A stretch of DNA of 64,000 nt. Source: Limnochordia bacterium. Its GTDB lineage: Bacteria; Bacillota; Limnochordia; DTU080. The position numbers and the translations under genes are program-made. Of this stretch, positions 49,430 through 59,355 are shown one piece after another. The stretch spans positions 43,396 to 107,395 of the forward strand of contig JBMNJG010000013.1 of NCBI GenBank assembly GCA_050951545.1, written 5' to 3'. The notes beneath the pieces are model-generated. The model was not told the DNA's origin. It did not search any database and saw nothing but the letters and a program-made list of their open reading frames with translations. Each line of letters opens with the position of its first letter. The first letter of the stretch is position 1.

Positions 49430-51813
49430 TTCCTCTGTCACAGTGTATCGCCCGTCCCAGCTCGCAAGGAACAAGGTACCTGCTCACCGAGCATCTACTG
49501 GAGGTGGCACACTACGCCGGCGGCACCCGGAAAGGACAGCTGGGGCGATTACGATTTCTGGCCAGGTTAGTCCATGATGCAGGTAAAGCCCAGGCCGCTT
49601 GGCAGCGGTATATGCGCGATCCAACACACCATTGCGGTGGCGTTTCCCATGCTTTCCTAGGTGCTGCCCTTTTCTTCCTTCTTTCCTTGGAGCTTCTGGC
49701 GAAGTCCCCCCAGAAGGCGAGGCCATTGGAGGCAACTGTTCTTCAACTCACCGCCGATATAGCCCATCATCACGGGGAGCTTAGGTGTCTTGACGAGGCG
49801 GAACCACCGTGGCGGGCAGGATGGCGTTTGGACTGCCTGGAAGAAACAGACCTTGATGGACTCCTTCAGTTTGTGCAAGCCTCCTTCCCCCCTTTGGCTA
49901 ACCTTCAACTCAAGGCCAACGATGTTCCCGGACGACTTGACCTACTCCTCAAGATGTGGAGGCTCATGGTAGTTCGCTATCAGGCCCGGCGTGTGGGCAG
50001 CATACAGGAGGCCGGGCGAGCCGTGGTGGAAGCGCGACTGGGAACCGCCGACCTCATTACTGCCGATCGTTTCACTGTTGCCGGGATGCTGCCTCAGCAC
50101 CTGTGCTCGAAGCAAGCGGGTATAGCGCTTGCGCACTTGAGTCACTTCTGTAGGCAGAGGGGGGAAAGCCTAGATCGCCAGTGCAGATCAGCTCTGACCG
50201 GGCTACGCCAGCAGATTCAATGCATTGCTACTGCGGCCTATGTGGCCGAGCCGACGAATCGCTTCTATGCCCTACGTGTAGCCACGGGTCTCGGAAAGAC
50301 ACTCACGGCGTTGCGCGTCGGACTGGAAGCGTGTCGACTGGGAAGAAGCAAACGGATCGTATACGTTGCGCCCTACCTTTCGATCCTCTCACAGGCGGCG
50401 AAGGAGATCCGACAAGCTACGGGCTTGGAGGTGATGGAGCATCACCATCTCTCGACGCTCGATTTGTGCTCCATAGAGAGCGAACCTCAGGATCTGCTCT
50501 CTATGGAGTCATGGCAGGCCCCTATCGTTGCCACCACGTTCAACCAGCTCTTTAGGACAATCTCACCTCGCTACGCGCAGGAGACAATCCGCATGGAAGC
50601 TTTAAAGCGGGCTTTCGTGATCCTTGACGAACCGCAGATTGTTGACGGGGATGTCTGGCATCCCTTCCTCGCGCTACTTGAGGCCTTTGCCGAGCACCTT
50701 GAGATGGGCTGCCTCATGATCACGGCCACAATGCCCCCACTTGATGGGCTGTGTGATCAGCCAACTGATCTGTCACCGAAGGGGCTTGTTGCTCCCTGTC
50801 GCTACGTCGTCCGCGCGCGAGACGAATCCATGGATGAGGTCGCATTAGCAGATGAGCTGGTGGACGTGGTCCGTACGCACGGTACCGTCGCCGTTATCTT
50901 GAACACTATCGGGGATGTGGGCCGGGTGTTTGAAGCTGTTCGCGAAAGACGCAGTCCAGATGTGGCGGTGTTTGCCTTGCACGGAGCGATGACTTCCTTG
51001 CACAAACAGAATCAGATTGCGCGACTTCACCAGCGGCTGGATGGGCGGTTGCCGACCATCGTCGTGGCCACGCAGATCATTGAAGCCGGGATTGACCTCA
51101 GCTTCCGGGCGGTCTACAGAGCACGATCGATTATCCCTTCGATCATGCAAGCGGCGGGACGAGCGAACCGTCATGCTGAACAGGGCGAGTCGATGGCTAC
51201 AGTGATCGATTTCGAGTTCCGACGCAATGGCATGAATACACGGCGGTTTGTCTATGAAGAGATCGCCACGCGCCTGACAGACGAACTACTTGCTACCCAC
51301 ACGGGTCTGGCTGAACGCGAGATGCCTGGTTTGTGTGAGGAGTACTTCCGCGAGCTGTTGTGTCGGAAACCGGGTACCTCAACCCTGGCCTATTTGAAGG
51401 ACGCGGCAGTCGGGCACTGGAGCAATCTACAGTCCATCGGCCCCTATAAGGAAAGACGGTATCGGATCTCGGTCTTCGTTCCGAATGAAGGGCCATGGAT
51501 CGACAAGACAACCAGGGTCTTTCTAGCTCGATTTGGTGTGACAGACCCCGAGGAACTCTACAACCTATACCTAGATCGCCCCTGGATGTCGAGGCTTTCC
51601 TTTCCAGAAAGGAAAGCCTTCATGGGCCTTATGCAGCGATTTACTGTGCCCTTGTCGTTAGAGTATGCCCGGGCTATTTCGAATCTTGCCGAGATGGCTA
51701 CTGGACGTGATCAGCCCCTGGCCATCTGTGTGCTTCGACAGCCGCATCTGTATAGCCCTGAGACTGGCTTCGGTGGCTTAGTTCGTGATGTAGACCAATG
51801 GATTTTCGTCTGA
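49417..51813 (+). CDS. cas3: Cas3 HD nuclease-helicase
   Basis: HL..V, HDAGK, SHA, HHG; ATGLGKT, LDEPQ, TAT, TQIIEAGID, QAAGRANRH. Confidence 0.93.
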   Translation: MPVVVPLSQCIARPSSQGTRYLLTEHLLEVAHYAGGTRKGQLGRLRFLARLVHDAGKAQAAWQRYMRDPTHHCGGVSHAFLGAALFFLLSLELLAKSPQKARPLEATVLQLTADIAHHHGELRCLDEAEPPWRAGWRLDCLEETDLDGLLQFVQASFPPLANLQLKANDVPGRLDLLLKMWRLMVVRYQARRVGSIQEAGRAVVEARLGTADLITADRFTVAGMLPQHLCSKQAGIALAHLSHFCRQRGESLDRQCRSALTGLRQQIQCIATAAYVAEPTNRFYALRVATGLGKTLTALRVGLEACRLGRSKRIVYVAPYLSILSQAAKEIRQATGLEVMEHHHLSTLDLCSIESEPQDLLSMESWQAPIVATTFNQLFRTISPRYAQETIRMEALKRAFVILDEPQIVDGDVWHPFLALLEAFAEHLEMGCLMITATMPPLDGLCDQPTDLSPKGLVAPCRYVVRARDESMDEVALADELVDVVRTHGTVAVILNTIGDVGRVFEAVRERRSPDVAVFALHGAMTSLHKQNQIARLHQRLDGRLPTIVVATQIIEAGIDLSFRAVYRARSIIPSIMQAAGRANRHAEQGESMATVIDFEFRRNGMNTRRFVYEEIATRLTDELLATHTGLAEREMPGLCEEYFRELLCRKPGTSTLAYLKDAAVGHWSNLQSIGPYKERRYRISVFVPNEGPWIDKTTRVFLARFGVTDPEELYNLYLDRPWMSRLSFPERKAFMGLMQRFTVPLSLEYARAISNLAEMATGRDQPLAICVLRQPHLYSPETGFGGLVRDVDQWIFV

Positions 51814-51828
51814 TAGGGGCGGTGCATC

Positions 51829-52332
51829 ATGGTGGTTGAGACTCGGGTGACGGGTACGCTCATTCGGTACTACTACGTGTGCACACGGGAGGTGTGGTTC
51901 ACGGCGCACCAACTCGAACCCGACTCCAAAGATGACAACCTGGAGTACGGGCGGTTCTTGCACCAGCATGCCTATCAACGGCATAAGAAGGAGATCTCCA
52001 TTGGCCATGCCGTCTTCGATATCCTGCGTACCGAGGGCAACGAAGTGGTCGTTTTGGAGGTGAAGAAGAGTTCAAAGCACTTGGTTAGCGCTCGCATGCA
52101 GCTTTTGTATTACCTGAGGGAGCTGAAACACATGGGGGTTCAGGCCACGGGGGAGCTTCGAATCCCGGAAGAGAAGCGGGTGATCAAGGTGGCGCTTGAT
52201 GCTGAGGCGGAGAAAGAGTTGGACCGGGCCGAACGCGAGATCCTACGCCTGATATACCTGGAAAAGCCGCCGCAGACGGAAGAGATCCGATACTGCCGTT
52301 CGTGTGCCTACCGCGAGCTTTGCTGGGCATAG
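51829..52332 (+). CDS. cas4: CRISPR-associated exonuclease Cas4
   Basis: YYYVC.RE.W, FD...EVKKS, QLLYY, C..C.Y.ELC. Confidence 0.95.
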   Translation: MVVETRVTGTLIRYYYVCTREVWFTAHQLEPDSKDDNLEYGRFLHQHAYQRHKKEISIGHAVFDILRTEGNEVVVLEVKKSSKHLVSARMQLLYYLRELKHMGVQATGELRIPEEKRVIKVALDAEAEKELDRAEREILRLIYLEKPPQTEEIRYCRSCAYRELCWA

Positions 52333-52361
52333 CACAGCTGTACCAGAGAGGTGTCCTGTGA

Positions 52362-53357
52362 ATGCAGAAAAGCTTCTATGTCTTCAGTAGCGGCGCCCTA
52401 AAGCGCAAGGACAACACGATATTCCTAGAGATGGAGTCGGGAAAGCGCTTCATTCCCGTGGAAGATACCAGTGAGCTTCACGTATTCGGGGAGGTGGACG
52501 TGACTAAGAAGTTCCTGGAGCTGGCCTCACAAAAGGAGATCACCATTCACTTCTACAATTACTACGGTTACTACAGCGGGTCGTTCTACCCACGTGAGCA
52601 CCGTAACTCAGGCTATATGATCCTCCGCCAGGCGGAGCATTACATGGATGAGAAGAAGCGTCTCATCTTGGCTCAGGCTTTTGTGCGCGGAGCGCTCAAG
52701 AACATCCGAGTCGTGGCCCGGTACTACGCCAGTCGCGGGGAAGAGGATCTCGAGCAGCTGATCCAGACTCTTGATGAACGCTTGTTGCAGGTTAACGAGA
52801 CGGAAAGCATCACGGAACTGATGGCAATTGAGGGCGGGTGCCGAGAAGCTTACTATGGCTACTGGGATGCAATCGTCAAACAGTCAGATTTCGCATTTGG
52901 GCGCCGCAGCCGCCGACCACCGGAGAACCGCCTCAATGCCGTGATCAGTTTCTGCAACACTCTGCTCTACACGGCGGCGCTGTCTCAGATCTACAGGACC
53001 CACCTCGACCCGCGTATCGGTTTTCTGCATGCCACGAACTTCCGGCGTTTTACGCTCAATCTTGATGTGGCTGAGATTTTCAAGCCGATCATGGTTGACC
53101 GCACCATCTTCACGCTGATTGGCCGAAAGCAGCTATCGAAGGAGCATTTTGCTACGGAGGCAGGTGGCGTCTTCCTGACCGAACAGGGTCGTCAACGCGT
53201 GGTTCAAGAATTCGAGGAGCGTCTTAAGGCGACGATCAGCCATCGTAAGCTGGGGCGCAGTGTGTCGTACCGGGGCCTAGTGCGAATGGAGCTTTTCAAG
53301 CTTCAGAAGCACCTGATGGGCGAAGAGGAGTATGAGCCCTATCACACTCGATGGTGA
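52362..53357 (+). CDS. cas1: Type I-B Cas1 integrase
   Basis: LKRKDNT, NYYGYYSGSFYPRE, RRPPEN..NA.ISF, LDPRIGFLH, LDVAEIFKP..VDR. Confidence 0.96.
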   Translation: MQKSFYVFSSGALKRKDNTIFLEMESGKRFIPVEDTSELHVFGEVDVTKKFLELASQKEITIHFYNYYGYYSGSFYPREHRNSGYMILRQAEHYMDEKKRLILAQAFVRGALKNIRVVARYYASRGEEDLEQLIQTLDERLLQVNETESITELMAIEGGCREAYYGYWDAIVKQSDFAFGRRSRRPPENRLNAVISFCNTLLYTAALSQIYRTHLDPRIGFLHATNFRRFTLNLDVAEIFKPIMVDRTIFTLIGRKQLSKEHFATEAGGVFLTEQGRQRVVQEFEERLKATISHRKLGRSVSYRGLVRMELFKLQKHLMGEEEYEPYHTRW

Positions 53358-53386
53358 ATCACTACGTGCGAAGGGCCTTAGGTTAG

Positions 53387-53659
53387 GTGATTGCTGTGTT
53401 TGTGGTTCTTGTGTACGATGCGAACGTGCGCCGGGTGACGCGGGTGCTGAAGAAGTGCCGGCAGTACCTCTATTGGGTGCAGAACTCGGTGTTCGAGGGG
53501 GACATCACCCCCGGGCGTCTGAAACGTCTCAAGAAGGAGCTTGCGGATCTTATCGACCCGGAAGAGGACTCGATCATTGTTTACGAGTTCGGGTCGACAA
53601 GATACGCCCGCCGGGGGATCATAGGACTGGAGAAGGGGAATCGGGACATCGTCTTATGA
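53387..53659 (+). CDS. cas2: Cas2
   Basis: VLVYD...RV...LK.CRQYL.WVQNSVFEG, DSIIVY. Confidence 0.95.
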   Translation: MIAVFVVLVYDANVRRVTRVLKKCRQYLYWVQNSVFEGDITPGRLKRLKKELADLIDPEEDSIIVYEFGSTRYARRGIIGLEKGNRDIVL

Positions 53660-53699
53660 TGTGGGCGGCTCTCCAAGTCATCCTCCGATTACCTTGCTT

Positions 53700-53887
53700 C
53701 GCCTCGTCTGGCGGGCAGAGCGCACACTGGCCAGTGTCGTCGACCCCCGGTAGTGCAAAAACCCCGGGGGGTCGACGACACCTTTTTTCGAGAAGGAATT
53801 GCCGTACCTGCGGCGAAGTAAAACACTCACTGGGTCGAATATTGTCGTTGAGCAACAGGCAATATCCGTTTGCCCAGCGTACGGAGG
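53700..53887 (+). promoter_or_regulatory. CRISPR leader 2
   Basis: Palindrome tgtcgtcgaccccc...gggggtcgacgaca (53735-53780); same spacing to the first repeat as leader 1. Confidence 0.8.
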
Positions 53888-54435
53888 GTTCCGGCTCTAC
53901 CTATGAGGGATTGAAACCAGTCATTGCCCTTGATGGGCAAGTGTCATTTAGAAGTTCCGGCTCTACCTATGAGGGATTGAAACTGTACAAACAGACTTCA
54001 TGGCTTGCGACCTGCTGCTTGTTCCGGCTCTACCTATGAGGGATTGAAACTAGCTTTATCCCCGTCCGCGTAGAGAGTCCCCAGAAGTGTTCCGGCTCTA
54101 CCTATGAGGGATTGAAACTCGTCATAGATCACGACTGGCCAATCCCAGAACCCCGTTCCGGCTCTACCTATGAGGGATTGAAACAGTAGATCTCGCGGAG
54201 CACGTGCAGTGTACGGTTCCGGCTCTACCTATGAGGGATTGAAACTGGAAAGCACGAAGGTTTCCATGGAAAGCGGAGTATTGTTCCGGCTCTACCTATG
54301 AGGGATTGAAACAGCCTGCCCACCCTGGACTCACCTGGGCCTCGTTCCGGCTCTACCTATGAGGGATGGAAACATGGCCCCAGGCGCAAGTGGCTACGCC
54401 CTGCCGTTCCGGCTCTACCTATGAGGTGTGGAACG
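53888..54435 (+). CRISPR. CRISPR array 2: 9 repeats GTTCCGGCTCTACCTATGAGGGATTGAAAC, 8 spacers
   Basis: Repeats at 53888, 53954, 54021, 54089, 54155, 54216, 54283, 54344, 54406 (last degenerate); spacers 36, 37, 38, 36, 31, 37, 31, 32 bp. Confidence 0.97.
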
Positions 54436-54741
54436 GCGAACTGGTTAGCATCGCTTTGGTCAAATCAGGTGCATGTCTCAGCTGGGCTTTTACGGCGCAA
54501 AGCAATGTGCGGCTCAAGCTGCTTTGCAGGTGATGCCTTCATATGGCGAATTACATTGCGCTTGAGACGGGGGCTCTGCCCCCGAACCCCCGGGATTTAT
54601 CGCTTTTGTTTCTCAAAAAGGAATAACCGGCAGGACGAGAAGGGTATGCTTGTCCTGCCGGTGCCCTTTTGAGAAACCCCTACGGGCGCTCGGGTTGCTT
54701 CCCAGCAGAGCCCTATCCTCCCGTAGGGGAAAGAGCCATAG

Positions 54742-54990
54742 TTATCGGTGCCGGCCTTTGGTCGGCTGAGAGGCGCCTGGTTCCTGAGGCCAAGGCGGTA
54801 TCATAGGAACCACATCAATGTCTTCAAGGAGTTCACTCAGCATATCGTAGAGGCGGCGTACACTCGCCGCATCGGCGAACAGTAGGGCTACCGTGAAGTT
54901 GCCAGGCCTCAGATAGAGTGGGTACTCACCGAAGACGGTCTTGCCCTCCCAGGATTGTAGTCGAGTATGCTTGGTCACATGGATGTTCAT
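54742..54990 (-). CDS. Small hypothetical protein, third gene of the element
   Basis: ATGA overlap with the ATPase fragment and GGAGG RBS; no recognised motif. Confidence 0.45.
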   Translation of the reverse strand: MNIHVTKHTRLQSWEGKTVFGEYPLYLRPGNFTVALLFADAASVRRLYDMLSELLEDIDVVPMIPPWPQEPGASQPTKGRHR

Positions 54991-55632
54991 GCCGAGGCAC
55001 CTCCGGTAGGTAAAGAAACGTAAAGGGCATTTGCTTCATGTGCTTGCCGGACGATGTCGGCATCAAGTGAACGGGTCTTGTTTTGACACCCGAGAATGAG
55101 CGCCTTTTCCACTAGGGTGTCGAGTATGCGAGGACTGCCAGCACACAGATTGGTGAGTGCTTGTAGGGCATCGGGCGTGAACAAGGGATCCTCCACACCT
55201 GCGTGACGCAGGAGGGTTTGGACGTAGGTAGATACTTCGGTGTCACCGAGCCCCTGGAATTCATAGTGCACGCTCAGACGTTGGCGCAGGGGTTCGTTGC
55301 TCTTGAAGGCGCTGGAACATGTCTACCTTCTTGAATGCGGGTTCTATGCCACAACCCTGACAAAGTCCCCGGTAGAATTCGGGTACTGTGAGCGAAGTAA
55401 GCGGTCGGTAGACCACGGTGTAGAGCTGGGGATTGAGTTGAGCCACGAAAGCGCGCAGGGCTGTAGTCTGGCCCATACCCGGGCGGCCATAGACCACAGC
55501 CAAGCCCAATGTCTGCTTGAAGTAGGCCATTTGAGCCAGAAAACAACGCAGATCCTCGCTCTCAAAGAGCTGGCCGACCGGGATGTCCTTACGGAATGGG
55601 TTGCTAGTCATACCGAAGAATGCCTTGTACAT
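54987..55632 (-). pseudogene. ExeA-family AAA ATPase, deleted and frameshifted
   Basis: MYKAFFG...PF; Walker A mutated (GRPGMGQT); Walker B missing; resumes in another frame with EPLRQRL..HY...G.PR.LD.L. Confidence 0.8.
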
Positions 55633-56600
55633 TCACTGCCCCTCCCTGTGAGTGAGCTCGGCATAGTCGATGGGGTCGTGGCGACGCCGCCTGGGGATAT
55701 GGGCGTTATCCAGGGGGCGCACCGGGGCGATAGGCAGATGTGTGCCATCCTCTTGAAGCAACCACGCTTGTGAGAGATCCTCCGGTCGAAACAGGACACG
55801 CACTCGTTGGCCTATACAAACTTGCGGTACCTCAAAAACGCTACATTTTAGCGAGATTGTGGCGTCATTGGCCACGCGTCGCTCCTCTTCATGTAGAAAG
55901 GCACGCTCAACGCGCTCTTTCGAGGCGACACGTATCATCTCTTGATCACTCAAGAAACGCTCCATCGGGGCTCGTCCGTCAAGTGCGCTATGGGGTCTGT
56001 TGTTGTAGACGTGCTCCAGGTAATGGGCCAGACGCTGATTCAACGCCTCCAAAGAAGCGAGATCGTCGGGTTCAAGGCGGTCAAATAGCTGCTGGTGCAG
56101 AGTGCGAAATGCTCTCTCGATTTGGCCCTTACCTTGGGGCATGTAGGGGGTGGCGTGAACTAGCACGATACCCAAATGGGCGCAGATAGTCTGGATCTGC
56201 CGGGAGTGATAGATCTTGCCGTTGTCCACATAGAGCCGTTGGGGGATGCCCCTTTTCAGCAGTGCCGTCTTAGAGACGCTCTCAAAAGCCAGGTTATTGG
56301 CCTCGACGCAAAATGCGGCATGCACGAACAGGCGGCTAGCGTCATCCAAGATGGCGATGAGATTGGCTTTTTGCTTGCGGCTGGCCAGACAGGGGCCGAC
56401 ACAGACATCGGATTGCCAACAGGCATTGGCGTGGGCGAAAGTGAAGCGGCGCCGTTCGGGTTGATCGGTCTGGGGTAGCTCAATCTGGCGCAAAAAGCGC
56501 TGCACCGTCGAAAGTGAACATGGGGGGAGCCCAAGGAGATTGGCCTTGGCAAGCTCTTCGTACAATGTGGCATTCCCGGTTCCTAGCAGACAATATGTCT
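55633..56600 (-). pseudogene. DDE integrase/transposase (rve + Mu-transposase C-terminal), N-terminally truncated
   Basis: WQSD, ILDDASR, LYVDNG, PY.PQGKG.IER.F, YNNRPHSAL, RRV..DATISL. Confidence 0.8.
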
Positions 56601-57044
56601 GTGGTGAGACGGAAAAGTGGTGCATTCGCACCATGGTCAGCCATCTCCCATTGGGTGGGCGTTTCCCTTCCCGGGTCACCCACCCTTTTCTTTTGGCCAG
56701 GACGAAGAGGAATCAGCTACACCTCTACGCAAATCAGTTCTCATGACGGTCGCTCATTTATGCAAGGAAACCTGCCTGGAAAACGCAAAAAGAACAAAAG
56801 ATAAAATGACGCCCTACACCGCTGGCTGAGGCCGAGTCTTCATCGGGAGCAGGATCCCGTCGAAGCATGGTACAATGTACGGAAGTGGCCGCCATCTTGG
56901 AGGCACAGTAAGCTATCGCTGTGCCAAATAGTTGTCGAACGAGCGCCCCCTTGCCTGCCTAGAGCTGTGAAGAGGGCCGCAGTCCGACGGGGGTCGCAGA
57001 TAGAAAGCGCCAAAGACGTCGTATGGACATTAGCGGAGGACACA

Positions 57045-57791
57045 ATGCCGAAATGTGGGCTACTCGCGTTAGATATTGATGGCACGCTGGTTACGAACGA
57101 TGGAAGACTGACCGAGTCGACTAAGGTATGGGTGAATCGAGCGGTAGAAGCCGGAACCACCGTTATGTTGGCAACTGGCAGGGCCATGCGAACCACGGAG
57201 GGGGTTCGCCATGAGCTTGGGCTTACTGGCCCCATGGTCTTATTGAATGGTGCCGAGATATGGAAAGAACCGGGGGTTCTTCTTCAACGTCAATACCTTG
57301 CTGAGGACAAGCGTCATCAACTCCGTCAACTGGCCGTGGACCATGACGCTTGGTACTGGATAACCGCGGTCGAGGCTACGTTCTCGAAAAAGCAATGGGC
57401 TGAGGAAGCGTCTGAAACCGACTGGCTGAAATTCGGCATTCGCCACGATGATCCTCATGTACTTAGGCACCTGCGCGATATCATAGAGGGGTGGGGCTTA
57501 TATACAGTTACTAGCTCTCATCCATCCAATATTGAGGTGGGTCCGAAGGGACTAAGCAAGGCGACGGGACTTATGACGGTTTGCAGCGAGCTGGGCATTG
57601 CCTTACAAGACGTCATGGCCATTGGCGATGGCCGGAATGACATGCATATGATCAAGTCCGTTGGCTTTGGTGTCGCTATGGGAAACGGTCATCCCGACTT
57701 GAAGCGCGTGGCCGATGCCGTCACATCAACCAACGAGGAAGACGGGGTTGCCCGTGCCATCGCACAGTACCTTTTAACCGATGCCTCCTAG
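57045..57791 (+). CDS. Cof-type HAD-IIB hydrolase
   Basis: ALDIDGTL, ATGR, NGA, SKA.GL, AIGDGRND..M, AMGN, EEDGVA. GGAGGA RBS before ATG 57045. Confidence 0.93.
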   Translation: MPKCGLLALDIDGTLVTNDGRLTESTKVWVNRAVEAGTTVMLATGRAMRTTEGVRHELGLTGPMVLLNGAEIWKEPGVLLQRQYLAEDKRHQLRQLAVDHDAWYWITAVEATFSKKQWAEEASETDWLKFGIRHDDPHVLRHLRDIIEGWGLYTVTSSHPSNIEVGPKGLSKATGLMTVCSELGIALQDVMAIGDGRNDMHMIKSVGFGVAMGNGHPDLKRVADAVTSTNEEDGVARAIAQYLLTDAS

Positions 57792-57897
57792 TATGACGTG
57801 CCGACTCGGTACTCGCTCGTTGTCTAGCTGGCTTTTCGATCGGCTTGCGTAGGACCTAACCAGACCCGTTGGAGCTCTCGCCCAGGGGGGGCAGTTT

Positions 57898-57927
57898 GCC
57901 CTGGCTCTACCTATGAGGGACTGGACC
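57898..57927 (+). repeat. Solitary degenerate CRISPR repeat
   Basis: gccctggctctacctatgagggactggacc is 24/30 identical to the array-2 repeat, with an 18-nt exact core. Confidence 0.85.
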
Positions 57928-57979
57928 CCGAGGGAAGATGATGAGGCGACCCCGTCTGGTGTGAAGCCAGGGGGATGCA

Positions 57980-58011
57980 GAAACCGCCCTACGGGATCGC
58001 AAGGCGGTTTC
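57980..58011. terminator. Hairpin between convergent genes (putative terminator)
   Basis: gaaaccgcc-N14-ggcggtttc inverted repeat. Confidence 0.55.
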
Positions 58012-58038
58012 CCATATGTGACCTGATTGGAGCGCTAC

Positions 58039-59316
58039 TTATTTCAACAGGGGGCTCTCTAGCAGGAGGCTGTTGATCTGAGCTTCAATCTCACCCATGG
58101 CCACTGCTACAGGGGCCGCGCCGCTCGCCGCCTTTCTTATGGCCCCCTCAAAAGCTGGACGAATGGCGTTCCAGGCGGGCGCTAGCGTGATGCTGGTATT
58201 CCAGAAATAGTTGCCAGCCTCTAGCACTACCGATAGGTCGGCGTTGGGCACGCCTTGGCGCATTTTGTCGACCCAATGCCGAGCATATTGCCGATTGACG
58301 AGCGGTGATTGCGACACGTGCTCCAACCAGGGTATAAGCCCCTCGCCGCACGTGAAGTACTTCACGAACTCCCAGGCTGCGTCCACATCCGTGCAAGTCT
58401 GGGAGATACCCCAGCTATTGATGCCCCCTTGCACAGCCGACGTAGTGCCCCAGGGCAACGGAGCTACACCCAAATCGAGCTGCTCGGGGTCAAGCTGAGC
58501 TATCCAGGCCCCTGTCTGCATCACCTGTGTTGACAGGTTCCCGTTGCGTACAGACAGGCCGCTGCGTTCGGCGGACTTCGGGGCCACCCCATCCACTAGC
58601 CATAGGTTGATCATCCGGGTGTAGGCATTGGCTACCTCCGGAGTGGCACCGAGAAAACGATCGACGCGTGGGGTAACCCAGTCCACACCGAACATGCCCA
58701 GCAGGTAGTATCCCTCAAGGCCTACTGAAAGCATGGTCCCCCAGCGCTCTATTTTCCCATCAGCGCCGATGCGCTGCAGCTTCTTTAGCATACTCGCCCA
58801 GTTGTCGATCTGTAGGGCCTCATGCCCGTATTGGGTAGGTGGATAACCCAACCCGGCATCGGAGAAGTGGCTGCGGTTATAGAACTGAGTGCTAATGGCG
58901 ATGTTGTAGGGAAGGGTGTAGATCTCCCCCATGAGATCATAGGGAGCGTGCCAGACTACGGGCTTGGGGAAGACGTTCATGTTGACCCTGTCTCGTGCGA
59001 TGAGCGGGCTCAGTGGCACCAGCCAACCCCGAAGTGCGGCGTGGGCAGCGTGCCCTTGATCAAAACGGATCAAATCGAGCTGCTGTCCCCCCGCCAGCAT
59101 TAGGGGTAGCTTCTCGTCAAAGCCCGACCAGTCCGTGATGATGACTTCAACTTCAATACCCGTCTTTCTCGTGAACTCTGCTACTGCCTTTTCTGTGCCT
59201 CCGATGGCACTGCTGACGTTGAGGGCCACGAGCTTTCGCTGCTTCGCCTCCACGCCAACAACTAGGGCCAAAGCTACCAAGACCACTGCAAGCAGGAACC
59301 TAAATCGCTTTTGCAC
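58039..59316 (-). CDS. ABC transporter sugar-binding protein
   Basis: AAGGAG RBS before GTG 59316; KTGIEVE, FYNRSHF, AAWEFVKYF; paralog of 60657-61946. Confidence 0.9.
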   Translation of the reverse strand: MQKRFRFLLAVVLVALALVVGVEAKQRKLVALNVSSAIGGTEKAVAEFTRKTGIEVEVIITDWSGFDEKLPLMLAGGQQLDLIRFDQGHAAHAALRGWLVPLSPLIARDRVNMNVFPKPVVWHAPYDLMGEIYTLPYNIAISTQFYNRSHFSDAGLGYPPTQYGHEALQIDNWASMLKKLQRIGADGKIERWGTMLSVGLEGYYLLGMFGVDWVTPRVDRFLGATPEVANAYTRMINLWLVDGVAPKSAERSGLSVRNGNLSTQVMQTGAWIAQLDPEQLDLGVAPLPWGTTSAVQGGINSWGISQTCTDVDAAWEFVKYFTCGEGLIPWLEHVSQSPLVNRQYARHWVDKMRQGVPNADLSVVLEAGNYFWNTSITLAPAWNAIRPAFEGAIRKAASGAAPVAVAMGEIEAQINSLLLESPLLK

Positions 59317-59355
59317 CGTGTTCTCCTTCCTTGTGTCTCGACGTGTCACCAACGA

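Larger units (their letters stand above)
54540..56818 (-). mobile_element. Decayed IS-like element: DDE (rve/Mu-C) transposase + ExeA-family AAA ATPase + small ORF
   Basis: Coupled transposase, ATPase and small ORF; weak imperfect ends (tgtagggcgtcatt at 56818 on minus versus catatggcgaatt at 54540). Boundaries approximate. Confidence 0.65.

Noticed and set aside
44295-56818. CRISPR-associated transposon (type I-B Cascade next to transposase + AAA ATPase)
   Set aside because: No TniQ/TnsD or TnsA; cas3 and the adaptation genes are present; the transposase and ATPase are decayed and look like an independent insertion.
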